Shown here one piece after another: positions 18,984 through 29,756 of a DNA stretch of 64,000 nt. The notes below the pieces were generated by a model that saw only the letters and a list, made by a program, of their open reading frames with translations, did no database searches and was not told the DNA's origin. The DNA lies in contig JAGWFT010000001.1 of assembly GCA_028867755.1 (NCBI GenBank), positions 484,727 to 548,726 of the forward strand, read 5' to 3'. The position numbers and the translations under genes are program-made. This stretch comes from Nitrososphaerota archaeon. Its GTDB lineage: Archaea > Thermoproteota > Nitrososphaeria > Nitrososphaerales > Nitrosopumilaceae. Within the stretch, counting starts at the first letter, position 1. Every line of letters begins with the position of its first letter.

Positions 18984-20156
18984 TTGAAAATATCACAAAG
19001 AGTAGCGGGTGTAGAATATGCCATTCGCGATATTGCACTTGAAGCACGAAAATTGCAGAAACAGGGTAAACAGATTACCTATCTTAACATAGGAGATCCC
19101 TTGCAATATGATTTTCAACCACCCGAAAATGTCAAGGAAGCACTGATAAAAGCAGTCAAAGATGGGCAAAACTATTATGCTGTTTCAGAAGGATTGCCAG
19201 AATTACGTGAAGAAATAGCAAAAAAAGAAAAGAAAAAAGGCCTTGAAATTTCTGAAGATGATATTCTTGTAACAAATGGCGTTTCAGAAGGCCTTGAGAT
19301 GATCACTGCATCAATAGTAGAACCAGGCGACGAAGTTCTCATACCTGGGCCGTATTATCCGCCTTATGCTTCCTATGTTAGATTATTTGGAGGAAAACCA
19401 ATTGAATTTGCAGTAGATCTACACAAGTCTACTCCTGATTTGGACGATATTCGAAGAAAGATTTCTTCAAAGACAGTGGCCATATGTCTGATAAGTCCAA
19501 ATAATCCAACAGGTGCAGTCTTTAGCGAAAAATCACTAAAAGATTTAATCGATATTGCTAACGAGCATGATCTCTACATAATATGCGATGAGATATACGA
19601 TCAGATAGTGTTTGATGAAAAATTTGTTGGAATTGGAAAAGTTAGCGGTGATTCTCCAGTAATACTCCTAAATGGATTTTCTAAAGTTCACCTTATGTCT
19701 GGATGGAGAGCTGGTTACATCGCTTTTAATCAATCAAAGAAATTAGAATCTCTAAGAGAGAATGTACCTAAACTTGCTCGAGTTCGAATTGCTACAAATC
19801 TGCCTGTTCAATATGCTGCTTTAGAGTCTCTCAAAGGCCCACAAAACTATATCCAAAAATTTGTTTCAGAGTTAAAACAAAGAAGAGATTATACAATTAA
19901 GAGACTAAATGGAATGAATAATATCAGTTGTTCAAACCCAAAAGGTGCCTTCTATGCATTTCCAAAGATTGAGAATAACAAATACGCTTCAGATAAGGAA
20001 TTTGTTATAGAACTTTTAAAATCAAAAGGAATTCTTACAGTACATGGTTCAGGCTTTGGAACTCAATATGGCAGTGGACATTTCAGAATGGTATTTCTTC
20101 CTGAGATTCCTATTCTAGAAAAAGCACTTGATAAAATAGAAGAATTCGTAGGTTAA
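18984..20156 (+). CDS. Class I/II PLP-dependent aminotransferase
   Basis: LNIGDP, SPNNPTG, DEIYD, GFSKVHLMSGWRAGY (PLP lysine), GAFY. Confidence 0.93.
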   Translation: MKISQRVAGVEYAIRDIALEARKLQKQGKQITYLNIGDPLQYDFQPPENVKEALIKAVKDGQNYYAVSEGLPELREEIAKKEKKKGLEISEDDILVTNGVSEGLEMITASIVEPGDEVLIPGPYYPPYASYVRLFGGKPIEFAVDLHKSTPDLDDIRRKISSKTVAICLISPNNPTGAVFSEKSLKDLIDIANEHDLYIICDEIYDQIVFDEKFVGIGKVSGDSPVILLNGFSKVHLMSGWRAGYIAFNQSKKLESLRENVPKLARVRIATNLPVQYAALESLKGPQNYIQKFVSELKQRRDYTIKRLNGMNNISCSNPKGAFYAFPKIENNKYASDKEFVIELLKSKGILTVHGSGFGTQYGSGHFRMVFLPEIPILEKALDKIEEFVG

Positions 20157-20572
20157 AATTTCCAAGTCACGATCTTTTTTGGAATTATTTCAATAATGCA
20201 GTCAGTATCTTTCAAGAGATATTGAGCAGATTTATTTTTCAAGTTTTTGAAATATCTCAAGAGGATTCTCTTAGCAACTGATTTTACACGTCTATTTCCT
20301 AAAATCAGTCTTGCTTTTCCTATCCCCATTATGCCAAAAATCTCTGGGGCGCTTATTCCAATATCTATACAAAATGAGACTTTTGGATTCTGTTTAACGT
20401 TTTTTGCTTTTTTTGTTCTAGTATTAGTTCCAATATAAAATCTATCATTTTCATAATTGTACCAAACAGGAACTATGTGCGGATTACTTTTGGCGTCTAT
20501 CGTGGCAATTCTCAAAATTTTTTGTGTTCTTATAAAATCCTTAGCTCTCATAATTTCCACCTCTGAAACCAA
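20153..20572 (-). CDS. Pyridoxamine 5'-phosphate oxidase-like split-barrel flavin/F420-binding protein
   Basis: RIATID, PHIVPVWY, KAKNVKQNPKVSFCID. Confidence 0.85.
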   Translation of the reverse strand: MVSEVEIMRAKDFIRTQKILRIATIDAKSNPHIVPVWYNYENDRFYIGTNTRTKKAKNVKQNPKVSFCIDIGISAPEIFGIMGIGKARLILGNRRVKSVAKRILLRYFKNLKNKSAQYLLKDTDCIIEIIPKKIVTWKF

Positions 20573-20765
20573 GAATAATCAAAAATCCACCAATCCCAAA
20601 CATAGCAGTAGATACTTTTTCACTTGTAAGTTCCTGAGAGGTGAAAAAATCTGATACAAAGTCAGGCCCAAAGATTAACAAATCTCTGATAATGGGAATT
20701 ACTGCTACAATTATAAATAAAATGCCCATAGCAGTGAACCAATTTTTTCGTGGACCAGTTCCCAT
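20541..20765 (-). CDS. Small membrane protein
   Basis: 74 aa with two hydrophobic stretches. Confidence 0.65.
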   Translation of the reverse strand: MGTGPRKNWFTAMGILFIIVAVIPIIRDLLIFGPDFVSDFFTSQELTSEKVSTAMFGIGGFLIILGFRGGNYES

Positions 20766-20787
20766 CTTTTATTTTTGTAACTACTGA

Positions 20788-21459
20788 TTAAATTATCTTT
20801 ATGCCTGGATTTTTGATTTTGTTTCTTATCATTGCATTAATAAGAATTGGCGTGGCAGTTTCAGCAAGATATGAGAGAGAGCCAGGTCCTAGTAAAATGG
20901 GCCTTAGGTTCTTTATTTCCTTGATCAGACCATTAACAATATTCACCGCATTTTCGTTATCTCCGCACACAAATATGTCTGAATCTAAGACAAGTTTTGT
21001 ATCTATGAGTTTCTTCTCTGAAATAGTATGAAACGCTGTTACTAGATTTGATTTATCTTTCATATGTTTTTGCACTAACTCAAAAGCAGAGGGTTTTTTC
21101 TCTTTAAATGAAATTAATTCAAAACCCGCATCAGTTTTAGTGAGAGGCACTATGGGAGATATGACAATGCAACTATCCTTAACATTTGGAAGAAGCTGAG
21201 AGCATATTGCATCTATATTCTCATATGGTATGGAAAGTACTAATACGTCGCTTTCTTTTGCAGCAGAAATGTTGTCCACTCCCATTATCTTGCCTTTTGG
21301 AGAGTTGTGTTCTTTCAGTGCACTGGCAGAATATTCATGAGCTGCTTCATCAGCTTTTGCAGAATCTCTCGAACCAATCAGAATATCATGATTGACACAC
21401 CATCGTAAAGCAAACCCCTTTCCCATTCCACCTGTACCGCCAATTACTCCAATCTTCAT
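20788..21459 (-). CDS. npdG: F420H2:NADP+ oxidoreductase (NADPH-dependent F420 reductase)
   Basis: GGTGGMGKG, IGSRD, SIPY, SPIVP, AFHTIS, VCGD. Confidence 0.88.
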   Translation of the reverse strand: MKIGVIGGTGGMGKGFALRWCVNHDILIGSRDSAKADEAAHEYSASALKEHNSPKGKIMGVDNISAAKESDVLVLSIPYENIDAICSQLLPNVKDSCIVISPIVPLTKTDAGFELISFKEKKPSAFELVQKHMKDKSNLVTAFHTISEKKLIDTKLVLDSDIFVCGDNENAVNIVNGLIKEIKNLRPILLGPGSLSYLAETATPILINAMIRNKIKNPGIKII

Positions 21460-21523
21460 ATATCATGATTGTTCTGACAATCTTATTATTATCTCTATTT
21501 AACAAATCGTTTCAGAATAGATA

Positions 21524-22138
21524 TTGTTTCTTTTTCTTCGTCATGGACAAGCCAAAAACAATGTAGAACGAATTCTTGCAGGCCGCGCAAAAGGGTATCC
21601 ACTGACAGATCAAGGTATCAAGCAAGCCAGTGAGATAGCTGACTTTCTTAAACCATTTAACATACAAGCAATCTACTCAAGTCCAATCGAACGGGCTGAA
21701 CAGACTGCTAATATAGTGGCAAAAAAACTGGAAATGGACTACAATATAGATGACAGACTAACAGAAATTAACATGGGATCTCTGGCAGAAATGACTTTTG
21801 ATGAAATGTTTGCAAAACATGGAAATATTTTTCTCAAGTTTTATGAAGGCCATCCAATAATAGAGAAAAATGGCATAGAAACATTTGATAGCATTAAAAA
21901 AAGAGTTCTTGACCTAGTTGGGCATTGTTCTAAAAAATACTATAATGAAAATATATTGTTTGTAACACATATGGATCCAATCAAATCTATGCTTTCTACT
22001 GTCATGCAGTTAAAGCCTGAATCTTTGTATGAGTTGATAATTAGAAATGCGTCTTTGACCATGTTCAAAAAAGAACAATCTAACCTCTCAATAATCTCGA
22101 TCAATTCTATGTATCCAGAGCGTTATCCAAAAGAATGA
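21524..22138 (+). CDS. Histidine phosphatase / phosphoglycerate mutase family
   Basis: LRHGQA (RHG motif), SSPIERAEQT, VTHMD. Confidence 0.9.
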   Translation: MFLFLRHGQAKNNVERILAGRAKGYPLTDQGIKQASEIADFLKPFNIQAIYSSPIERAEQTANIVAKKLEMDYNIDDRLTEINMGSLAEMTFDEMFAKHGNIFLKFYEGHPIIEKNGIETFDSIKKRVLDLVGHCSKKYYNENILFVTHMDPIKSMLSTVMQLKPESLYELIIRNASLTMFKKEQSNLSIISINSMYPERYPKE

Positions 22139-22252
22139 ATATCTGGAGAATTATTTTTTTTAATATTAAATCACATTTAAGATGTTTTAACTAATTGAGG
22201 CGATTTTTTCTAACAGAACCAATATCTATGGGTTAGCGTCATCACGAATAGA

Positions 22253-23254
22253 TTGAAACTATCGATAGCAGGTCTCATGCTTTTTGTTGTTATGAGTGGT
22301 CTTTTGTCTCAGGCTTATGCTATTTTGGCGCCTCTAGAGCTATACACTGATTCTCAGGTATATTCTGAAGGTCAACCACTTCTTGCATATGGTAAAACAG
22401 CATTATCAAATGAAACCATAATTCTTAGATTGTTTGCTCCAGACGGTACTATCAAACAATTCAATCAAATTACATCTGATAGAAATGGAGACTTTAATCA
22501 AATACTCATTAGATGGCCTAATGCGACCACAAACTATCCTTACGGAACATATTCCGTAGAGGCAATTGACCAAAAAGAGCAGGGATTCTCACAAAAAGTA
22601 GATGTAGCATTTGCATCATCTTCATCATTAATATCTGCTCCAATAAAGCGAACGGTGATAATATCGGTTTATGCTCCACAAACTGCAGCAGTCAACCAAA
22701 CATTCCGGGTCTTTGTTCAAATAACAAGTGACGGCTTGCTAGTACCAGGCGATCCTTCAAAACTCCTGGCTGGTTCACACGTTCACCTACCAAATGGCAA
22801 TGTGACAATTCTCACTAATTCTTTTACGACTCTTCATCAAGGACTTTACTACGTTGACTTTACACCAACGCAGGAAGGCACATATGTATTCCATATGACT
22901 GCACTCAGCCAAGGTACTGAATCAAACGGATCAGTTGCTACATTGGTACTAAAACAAAGTATAGAAGGAATCTCAGACCAGATCATAAGATTAAACTCTG
23001 TACTAGACACAACGTCCAACGAACTTGATAAGATGAAAGCAGAAGTTCAAGGTTTTGGATATGTGTTGAATACAAGTCAAAATTCAATAGCACAAGCAAA
23101 TGAAAACATGAACAAGAGTGTAACCTCGATGTCAACATCTGTGCAAAACCTTGAGGCAGCTTCAGGACAATTCAATTCTCTCTTTTTACCAGTTGTTGCC
23201 TTGATTGCTGTAATCATTGCATTACAAATAACTATTCTTGCTAGGCGAAGATAA
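22253..23254 (+). CDS. Secreted, C-terminally anchored protein with beta-rich domains and a coiled-coil stalk
   Basis: Signal peptide (…SQAYA), beta-rich middle region, heptad-like segment (ISDQIIRLNSVL...VQNLEAASGQF), C-terminal TM followed by RRR. Confidence 0.8.
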   Translation: MKLSIAGLMLFVVMSGLLSQAYAILAPLELYTDSQVYSEGQPLLAYGKTALSNETIILRLFAPDGTIKQFNQITSDRNGDFNQILIRWPNATTNYPYGTYSVEAIDQKEQGFSQKVDVAFASSSSLISAPIKRTVIISVYAPQTAAVNQTFRVFVQITSDGLLVPGDPSKLLAGSHVHLPNGNVTILTNSFTTLHQGLYYVDFTPTQEGTYVFHMTALSQGTESNGSVATLVLKQSIEGISDQIIRLNSVLDTTSNELDKMKAEVQGFGYVLNTSQNSIAQANENMNKSVTSMSTSVQNLEAASGQFNSLFLPVVALIAVIIALQITILARRR

Positions 23255-23259
23255 CAATA

Positions 23260-26200
23260 ATGGTAAATAACAAATCATATACCATGTCAAAAATTGCATT
23301 TTTTCTGATATCACTTCTCTTGGTATCTCTGATTCAAAATCCAATTAGCGCATACTGTGACATAGATATTCCAAGACCAACACAAACTTCCACTCCGGAA
23401 AGAACATCTGATCTAATAACTTTTCAAACCATCTCACCTGAGAATTCTGTAAAGAGATACATAATTTTTGGCTCAGGGCCAATTTCTGAGATAACTCAAA
23501 GATCAGAAAATATTATTTATGGATTAAATTCTGATCATGGATCATTTGCAGTAGGTGTTTTCAATCAAAACGAAATCTCAAATCTAAAACTTGATGGCTA
23601 TAATGTAATTGAGGATCTGCCGTTGGAGTTTGATTCTGCAAAAACCAACTCTCATGAGCCTATTGATGTCTCTAGGGTTGGTGATATACTTGGTTCCAAT
23701 AAAATAATTCAACAATATGACTACACAGGAAATGGCATTAAGATAGGAATAGTTGATACTGGAACAGACTTTTCAAATCCTGATGTAAGGGATTCTCTTG
23801 CCAGAGATGAAAATAATATTCCTGTTATGATCGATGCAGATGGCCAAGGACTAGTATTAACAAATGCAACATTTGTTGCAACTATAGGTAATAATGGTGT
23901 AATTCAGAATTACACTCAACCAATTCCAAAAAATATAACATCTTCTGTTTATGTCAACTCAAATGGTGTATTTCTTGATCTAAACCGAGAAGGAAAAGGG
24001 ACAACAGTCCAAGTGTATAATTCACAGTATCCAAAGGGTGGTACACCTACAATAAATGGTACCGTCTCTGATGATTACAAAATAGGCAAGGACTCTAGAC
24101 ACTTTATTGTGTCAAAAAGTGGCATGTATCATTTTGGGATGATATATGAGAGTGTATCACAAGGTCAACTTTCCATACTACAATTAGTTCCAGTTCTTGT
24201 AGTTGATGCAAAGATACCAGGTGTATATGATACAATCATCCCAGACATGTCTGACTCCTATAAGGATTTTTTGAAACTTGATAACCCATTATTCATAAAA
24301 TATGATTTTGATTTTACCACGCAAACCCCAATTACTCTAGGAAGCGGAAAGGAATTTCTAGTATATGATAAAAATCATGATGGAAATCCACAATACAGTG
24401 CTGGTACAGTTGGTGCACATGTTCTTGATTTATACGGTGTAATTGCAAAATCGTCTACAATCGATAAAAAACTTGGAGCAATAAACGGTACACTGCTTCC
24501 TCCTCTTGATCCTCATGGCAATTTTTTTGGCATAATGTATGATTATGGTGGGCATGGAACAGCTACAGCAGCCTCGATCACATCTCAAGGGAAACAACAA
24601 TACGATGTCTATGGAAACTCCACACAATATGTAATTCGAGGTATTGCGCCTGGTGCTAAGATAGTTCCCATAAAGGCACTGTGGATTGGTGATGCGATAT
24701 ATGGATGGTTATGGGCAGCAGGATTTGATCAGAATGGTAATAATTGGAAATTTTCAGGAAATACTAGAGTTGATATTTTATCTAACAGCTGGGGGATTTC
24801 CACTTTTCCTGCACTAGAGTCAGTACCTGGACTTGATATTCAATCATTATTACTTAGTGCACTCAATGTTCCAGGTTCACTAGATGGAAAATATCCGGGA
24901 ATATTGACCGTAAGTAGTTCAGGTAACGCCGGACCTGGATATGGAACAATGGGAAGTCCAGATGCTGCACCTTTTGGTCTTACTGTAGGAGCTACAACTG
25001 ATAATGTCTTTGTTGGTTATGGTCCTTTTAAGGGTCAACCAAGATTTGGAAATAGCACTTTTTATTATGGAGACATATCAGGCTTCTCAAGCAAGGGGCC
25101 GTCATTAATAGGGGATCCAAAACCTGACATAATGGCAGTGGGAGAATATAGCTTTACACCAACCTCTGTTACAAAATACAGCAAAAATTCGACAGGATCA
25201 TTTTCTTTATTTGGAGGAACAAGTCTTGCAGCTCCTCTTACGTCGGGCTCAGCTGCAATTGTGATGCAAGCTTTACATGAAAAAGGAATTTCCTACAACC
25301 CGTTTATGGTACGAAATATACTAATGTCTACTGCAACAGATCTAGGAAATGATCCTTTTGCCCAAGGATCTGGATTGGTTAACGTAACAAGTGCAGTTAA
25401 TTATGTATTGGGAAACAATGATACTTTTGTAGTTTACAACAATGCAACATATCAAAATGTAAAACAAGTGCTAGAGCCAGCTATTAGTTTAATGAATTCT
25501 TCTGCATTTGGACTAAATAATTTTCATCTGGGCAATGCATCACTTCAAGAAACACCTTGGTTTGCTGGCCGATTATATCCAGGCGATAGAACTACTGCAA
25601 CTTTCACCGTTGAAAATCCAACTGATAATGATATAACAATAGAAATAGAACCTCAAAAACTTGATTTGATGAAAACTTCTCAATATGATGGAACCACAGA
25701 ACCACGCTTGCATGATCCTCTGATTAAAAAACAAGGAGTTTATAGTCCTGATTATGTGCCACTTGCTCAAATAACAAATCATACAAGTCTACTATCCTTT
25801 TTCCAAAAAATAAATCCAATTCCACGTGATGCGTCTCTAATGGTGCTTAACCTTGCATTTCCATTCTCAGAGTTTATGAATTCTTCTGCCAAAACCTATG
25901 CTGATGACATGAAAATATCTTCTCTGTATCTATATGATTGGAACAATAAACATAATGATACCCAACCGACATACCAAGAACTCTCACTTGTCAATAGAGG
26001 GGGTTCTTGGGGAACCACTCAAGAGATAAGAATTTCCGACCCAAATTCAAAATTTGAACATATACCTCTAGTTGGTGTGTATCCTGTACCTACGCGATAT
26101 TCATATTGGTCTGGAGATACCAAGAAAAACTCCACTTCAATTGATTATACCATTACTGCGAGTTATTATAAGAAAACCCAATGGAATGAAATATGGTTTG

Positions 26201-27516
26201 ATTCAAACAGCGTAAAAATAAAACCTCATAGCAAAGCCACAATATCTGCGACACTTGTTGTCCCATCTGATAAAAAAGCAGGAGTCTATCAAGGGTTTGT
26301 CTTATTCAGAGATGAATCGCACATAGTTAATGTACCAGTGTCATATGTTGTATTAAAAAAATTACAGCCAAAAGATCTACCCACAGTCATACAAGGATCA
26401 AATGGAAATACTCTTTTTGGAAATGGGTACGTGGGAGGAGGATTTGATATGTCTAATAGATATAATGCAGGTGATTGGAGAGAATATTATTTCAACATAG
26501 ACGACAAAACCATAAACACGGCAACAATGATTCTTTCTTGGAAAGATCCTGATACTAATCTATCTGTATTTATTATTGATCCACAAGGAAGGATAATTCA
26601 AACAAATGTTCCATCTGGAATATTGGGAAAATTTCAAGGGTGGCCAAGTGGAGACTGGTTAGGGCCAAGCACACCGTTTAGCGAAGGTGGTGGATTCTAT
26701 CCAGTAAAAAATAAAGATGCTACGTCGACAGAAGTTTATGCACCTATTAACCAAACTGGTGTATACTCTATCCTGATTCATACTACATTGTTTGGAGGAG
26801 AATCAGTTGCAGAACCTATAACAATGGCTACAAAATTTTCTACCATTTTACCAACTGAGAATTCTCCACAGATAAATCTAAAAATTCCTCAATTCATCAA
26901 TAACACCTACAAGATCACACCGACAATAATTGGACAAAATATACAGGATGAAAAATATTATCTAGATTCTATAGGCCAAAAAATGCTTAATGAAACTATA
27001 TCTCCAATCTCTATTGAAAATCTCTCAGAGGGAATGCACGATCTTAACATAGTTGTATCAGATACGGTTGGTCATACCATCTCAAAAGATTTTAAATTTG
27101 TAGTAGATAACACTCCGCCGATAATTACTTTCGAGTCTCCAACAAATGGCTCAACTGTCTCAGGAATAATCAATGTCAATCTAAGTGTTGATGAAGCTAA
27201 TTCATTGGAAAAAAATTGGCTTACAGTAAAGCTCCCAAACCGGACAGTTTCTGATAATAATACGTTCCTATATGACACTAGAGCTATTCCTAATGGTCCT
27301 TACTATGTAGAAGCTGTCGCTAAAGACAAGGCAGGAAACATTGCGGACAAAAAGATTACAATTAACATAGATAATTCAATATTGAGCATCATATCTGTAT
27401 CAGATAAAACCGATCAGAATTTTGTAACTTTGATCGAAATATTGGTTGGAATTGCAACGGCATCGTTGATACTAATTATTACTTTTAAAAAATTTAGATT
27501 TCTAAGAAGAACCTAG
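23260..27516 (+). CDS. Large membrane-anchored subtilisin-like serine protease (S8)
   Basis: Catalytic triad motifs IVDTG, HGTATA and GGTSLAAP; oxyanion GNAG; KPDIMA; C-terminal Ig-like DNTPP segments and a TM anchor. Confidence 0.93.
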   Translation: MVNNKSYTMSKIAFFLISLLLVSLIQNPISAYCDIDIPRPTQTSTPERTSDLITFQTISPENSVKRYIIFGSGPISEITQRSENIIYGLNSDHGSFAVGVFNQNEISNLKLDGYNVIEDLPLEFDSAKTNSHEPIDVSRVGDILGSNKIIQQYDYTGNGIKIGIVDTGTDFSNPDVRDSLARDENNIPVMIDADGQGLVLTNATFVATIGNNGVIQNYTQPIPKNITSSVYVNSNGVFLDLNREGKGTTVQVYNSQYPKGGTPTINGTVSDDYKIGKDSRHFIVSKSGMYHFGMIYESVSQGQLSILQLVPVLVVDAKIPGVYDTIIPDMSDSYKDFLKLDNPLFIKYDFDFTTQTPITLGSGKEFLVYDKNHDGNPQYSAGTVGAHVLDLYGVIAKSSTIDKKLGAINGTLLPPLDPHGNFFGIMYDYGGHGTATAASITSQGKQQYDVYGNSTQYVIRGIAPGAKIVPIKALWIGDAIYGWLWAAGFDQNGNNWKFSGNTRVDILSNSWGISTFPALESVPGLDIQSLLLSALNVPGSLDGKYPGILTVSSSGNAGPGYGTMGSPDAAPFGLTVGATTDNVFVGYGPFKGQPRFGNSTFYYGDISGFSSKGPSLIGDPKPDIMAVGEYSFTPTSVTKYSKNSTGSFSLFGGTSLAAPLTSGSAAIVMQALHEKGISYNPFMVRNILMSTATDLGNDPFAQGSGLVNVTSAVNYVLGNNDTFVVYNNATYQNVKQVLEPAISLMNSSAFGLNNFHLGNASLQETPWFAGRLYPGDRTTATFTVENPTDNDITIEIEPQKLDLMKTSQYDGTTEPRLHDPLIKKQGVYSPDYVPLAQITNHTSLLSFFQKINPIPRDASLMVLNLAFPFSEFMNSSAKTYADDMKISSLYLYDWNNKHNDTQPTYQELSLVNRGGSWGTTQEIRISDPNSKFEHIPLVGVYPVPTRYSYWSGDTKKNSTSIDYTITASYYKKTQWNEIWFDSNSVKIKPHSKATISATLVVPSDKKAGVYQGFVLFRDESHIVNVPVSYVVLKKLQPKDLPTVIQGSNGNTLFGNGYVGGGFDMSNRYNAGDWREYYFNIDDKTINTATMILSWKDPDTNLSVFIIDPQGRIIQTNVPSGILGKFQGWPSGDWLGPSTPFSEGGGFYPVKNKDATSTEVYAPINQTGVYSILIHTTLFGGESVAEPITMATKFSTILPTENSPQINLKIPQFINNTYKITPTIIGQNIQDEKYYLDSIGQKMLNETISPISIENLSEGMHDLNIVVSDTVGHTISKDFKFVVDNTPPIITFESPTNGSTVSGIINVNLSVDEANSLEKNWLTVKLPNRTVSDNNTFLYDTRAIPNGPYYVEAVAKDKAGNIADKKITINIDNSILSIISVSDKTDQNFVTLIEILVGIATASLILIITFKKFRFLRRT

Positions 27517-27555
27517 ATAAGGTTTATATGCAATTTTTCAATCACGAAACTTTGG

Positions 27556-28161
27556 ATGTCTGAGCAAGATACTAGGGGTACCGTTACTAGGCGAGACTTT
27601 CTCAAACTTCTAGGCGCCGCAGGCGTTGCAACTACCTTTGCACCCTTTGTCCCATGGGGTCAATTTATGCCAAATCCTTCAAACATAGTACCATCAAAAG
27701 TTCAGGTAACTTTACCAGATGGTACAGTGGCCAATGTTAAGACATTTCCAAAGAACAGTTCCGAAGTCATAACTTATCCATCCAGTGGAGATCCAGTTCT
27801 TGATCAAGAGGCATTTAAAAAATGGCAGTTTATCAGATTGCCTTCAGAATTAGGTGGAGATGCAGATGATGTTAGTGCTTTTCGCGTTTATAGTATGGTT
27901 TGTTTACATTTGTGGTGTTTGTGGAAATATTGGCCGCAGGATGGCAGAAAAAGAGGAGAATGCCCCTGTCATGGCAGTATGTATAATCCATTGACTGGCA
28001 AAGCGTTTGCAGGTCCTGCATCTCTTCAAGCCCCTCCTTCAAATGTATTAGCAACACTTTATCTTGAAGCTGATGACAAGGGGGATCTGTGGATAAAGCC
28101 AGCAGTATGGAATGTCAACGAGAATGGAATAGTGGGATATGGTCGTTTCCTTAAAACGTAG
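27556..28161 (+). CDS. Rieske 2Fe-2S subunit of complex III (Tat substrate)
   Basis: TRRDFLK twin-arginine signal; CLHLWC and CPCHGS boxes. Confidence 0.95.
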   Translation: MSEQDTRGTVTRRDFLKLLGAAGVATTFAPFVPWGQFMPNPSNIVPSKVQVTLPDGTVANVKTFPKNSSEVITYPSSGDPVLDQEAFKKWQFIRLPSELGGDADDVSAFRVYSMVCLHLWCLWKYWPQDGRKRGECPCHGSMYNPLTGKAFAGPASLQAPPSNVLATLYLEADDKGDLWIKPAVWNVNENGIVGYGRFLKT

Positions 28162-29701
28162 AAGCGGTTTTGCAGATTTCTGTTACTGGATATGGGATGG
28201 GTTAGAGAGAACTGTATTTATTGGCACAAAATTCTCATTTCCAGCTAGATTCGTGAGTCCATTTGGATTCCTTGGAATGATGACATTTGTCATGTTCATA
28301 ATACTGGGAGTCACTGGTGCATTGCTGATGTTCTATTATGAACCGATATTGGATAGGGCATGGGACAGTGTAGCTAAAATCAACAATACTGTTCCATATG
28401 GGTTTATGATCAGAAATATTCATTATCATGCATCAAACGCAATGGTTCTTCTTGCAGTTCTTCACATGTATTATCAGTACTTTAGTGGAAGATACAAAAT
28501 AAGAAATGAGATCATATGGGTAACAGGAGTTGTACTGGGTACAGTAACCATTCTTGAAGCTTTCACTGGCTATGATATAATTTTCAGCGAACGTGCAGAG
28601 CTGGCAATTAGTATTGCAGCCTCACTTACTAATTCTATGCCGGTAGTAGGACCTACAATACGTGATGCAATGTTTGGCTCTGGCTTTGCAGACTTTATAC
28701 TAAGATTCTATACACTACATGTCTTCATTCTGCCAGTAGTAATGCTTGGGCTGATGGCAGTGCACATGCCTAGATTCCTAGTATTTGACGTACCAATGGT
28801 GATGGCAATTTCTGGTGCAGTGTTGATAACAGGCGGAGTGTTTCCAGTTGACTTGGGCTCAAAGTTCCAGCCCACTGTACCACCAGGTATAACAGTACCT
28901 GAATGGTATCTTACGGGAATCTACGCTTTCCTTAGAACACAATATGACAAATTTGTAACTGGAGTTCTGTGGCCAGGTGTATTTATTGTAGCGATAGCTA
29001 TGACGCCCTTCATTGATAGATACAAGAAATTCTCTTGGAAAGACAGGCCAATAGTTACAGCCTTTGGAATAACTGGTATAACCCAAGTCATGGTCACAAC
29101 TTATTGGGGATTTTATATCACGCCGGATGTTACAAAACCACTAGTTGCAAGACTTGTGATAGATCCGGTATTTTTCTACTTGATAATGCTACTTCTTGTA
29201 CCAATTGGATTTGGATTTTCATACATGATGATATTGCTTGCCAAGGAAGCAGAGAGAAAGGCAAAATTAGCCGCTTCAAAAGAACCTCATAAAACAGCTC
29301 AGATAAATTTCTCAGGCAAATGGATAAACTGGCTCATCATTGCCCTCTTGGTATTTCAAGTGTACATTAACATCGCTGCATACAATGCCGCATTATCTGG
29401 TATGAAGAACTTCTCGCTATTCTTGGTAGGGCTAGGTCTTATGGTATTTGCTGGTTTGTTCCATCTCTATAGGCATGGTCTAAATGAAGCAAAAAAGGCT
29501 CCAAGTCAACCTCCACAACCACAGGCAGAATCTCCAAAGTCATTAGGAGGGCCTGAACAGTCAGGAAAAGTTCCTCCAAAGGAAGAGTCTGGAAAACTTA
29601 CTCCACCTCAAGCACCTGCGGTTGCACCTGAAATAAAAGCAGCAAGCCCAGATAATTTGAAAGATCCTGCAATTGGTAAATTCGACCTTAAAAATCCATA
29701 G
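28139..29701 (+). CDS. petB: Cytochrome b subunit of complex III
   Basis: Heme ligand pairs RNIHYH...LHM and TLHVF...AVHM, PEWY motif, extra C-terminal TM helices and a Pro-rich tail. Confidence 0.95.
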   Translation: MVVSLKRRSGFADFCYWIWDGLERTVFIGTKFSFPARFVSPFGFLGMMTFVMFIILGVTGALLMFYYEPILDRAWDSVAKINNTVPYGFMIRNIHYHASNAMVLLAVLHMYYQYFSGRYKIRNEIIWVTGVVLGTVTILEAFTGYDIIFSERAELAISIAASLTNSMPVVGPTIRDAMFGSGFADFILRFYTLHVFILPVVMLGLMAVHMPRFLVFDVPMVMAISGAVLITGGVFPVDLGSKFQPTVPPGITVPEWYLTGIYAFLRTQYDKFVTGVLWPGVFIVAIAMTPFIDRYKKFSWKDRPIVTAFGITGITQVMVTTYWGFYITPDVTKPLVARLVIDPVFFYLIMLLLVPIGFGFSYMMILLAKEAERKAKLAASKEPHKTAQINFSGKWINWLIIALLVFQVYINIAAYNAALSGMKNFSLFLVGLGLMVFAGLFHLYRHGLNEAKKAPSQPPQPQAESPKSLGGPEQSGKVPPKEESGKLTPPQAPAVAPEIKAASPDNLKDPAIGKFDLKNP

Positions 29702-29756
29702 CGTATCAGTACAACGCGTATACTTTATAAGACTATTAAAAAAAGATCACGACTAG

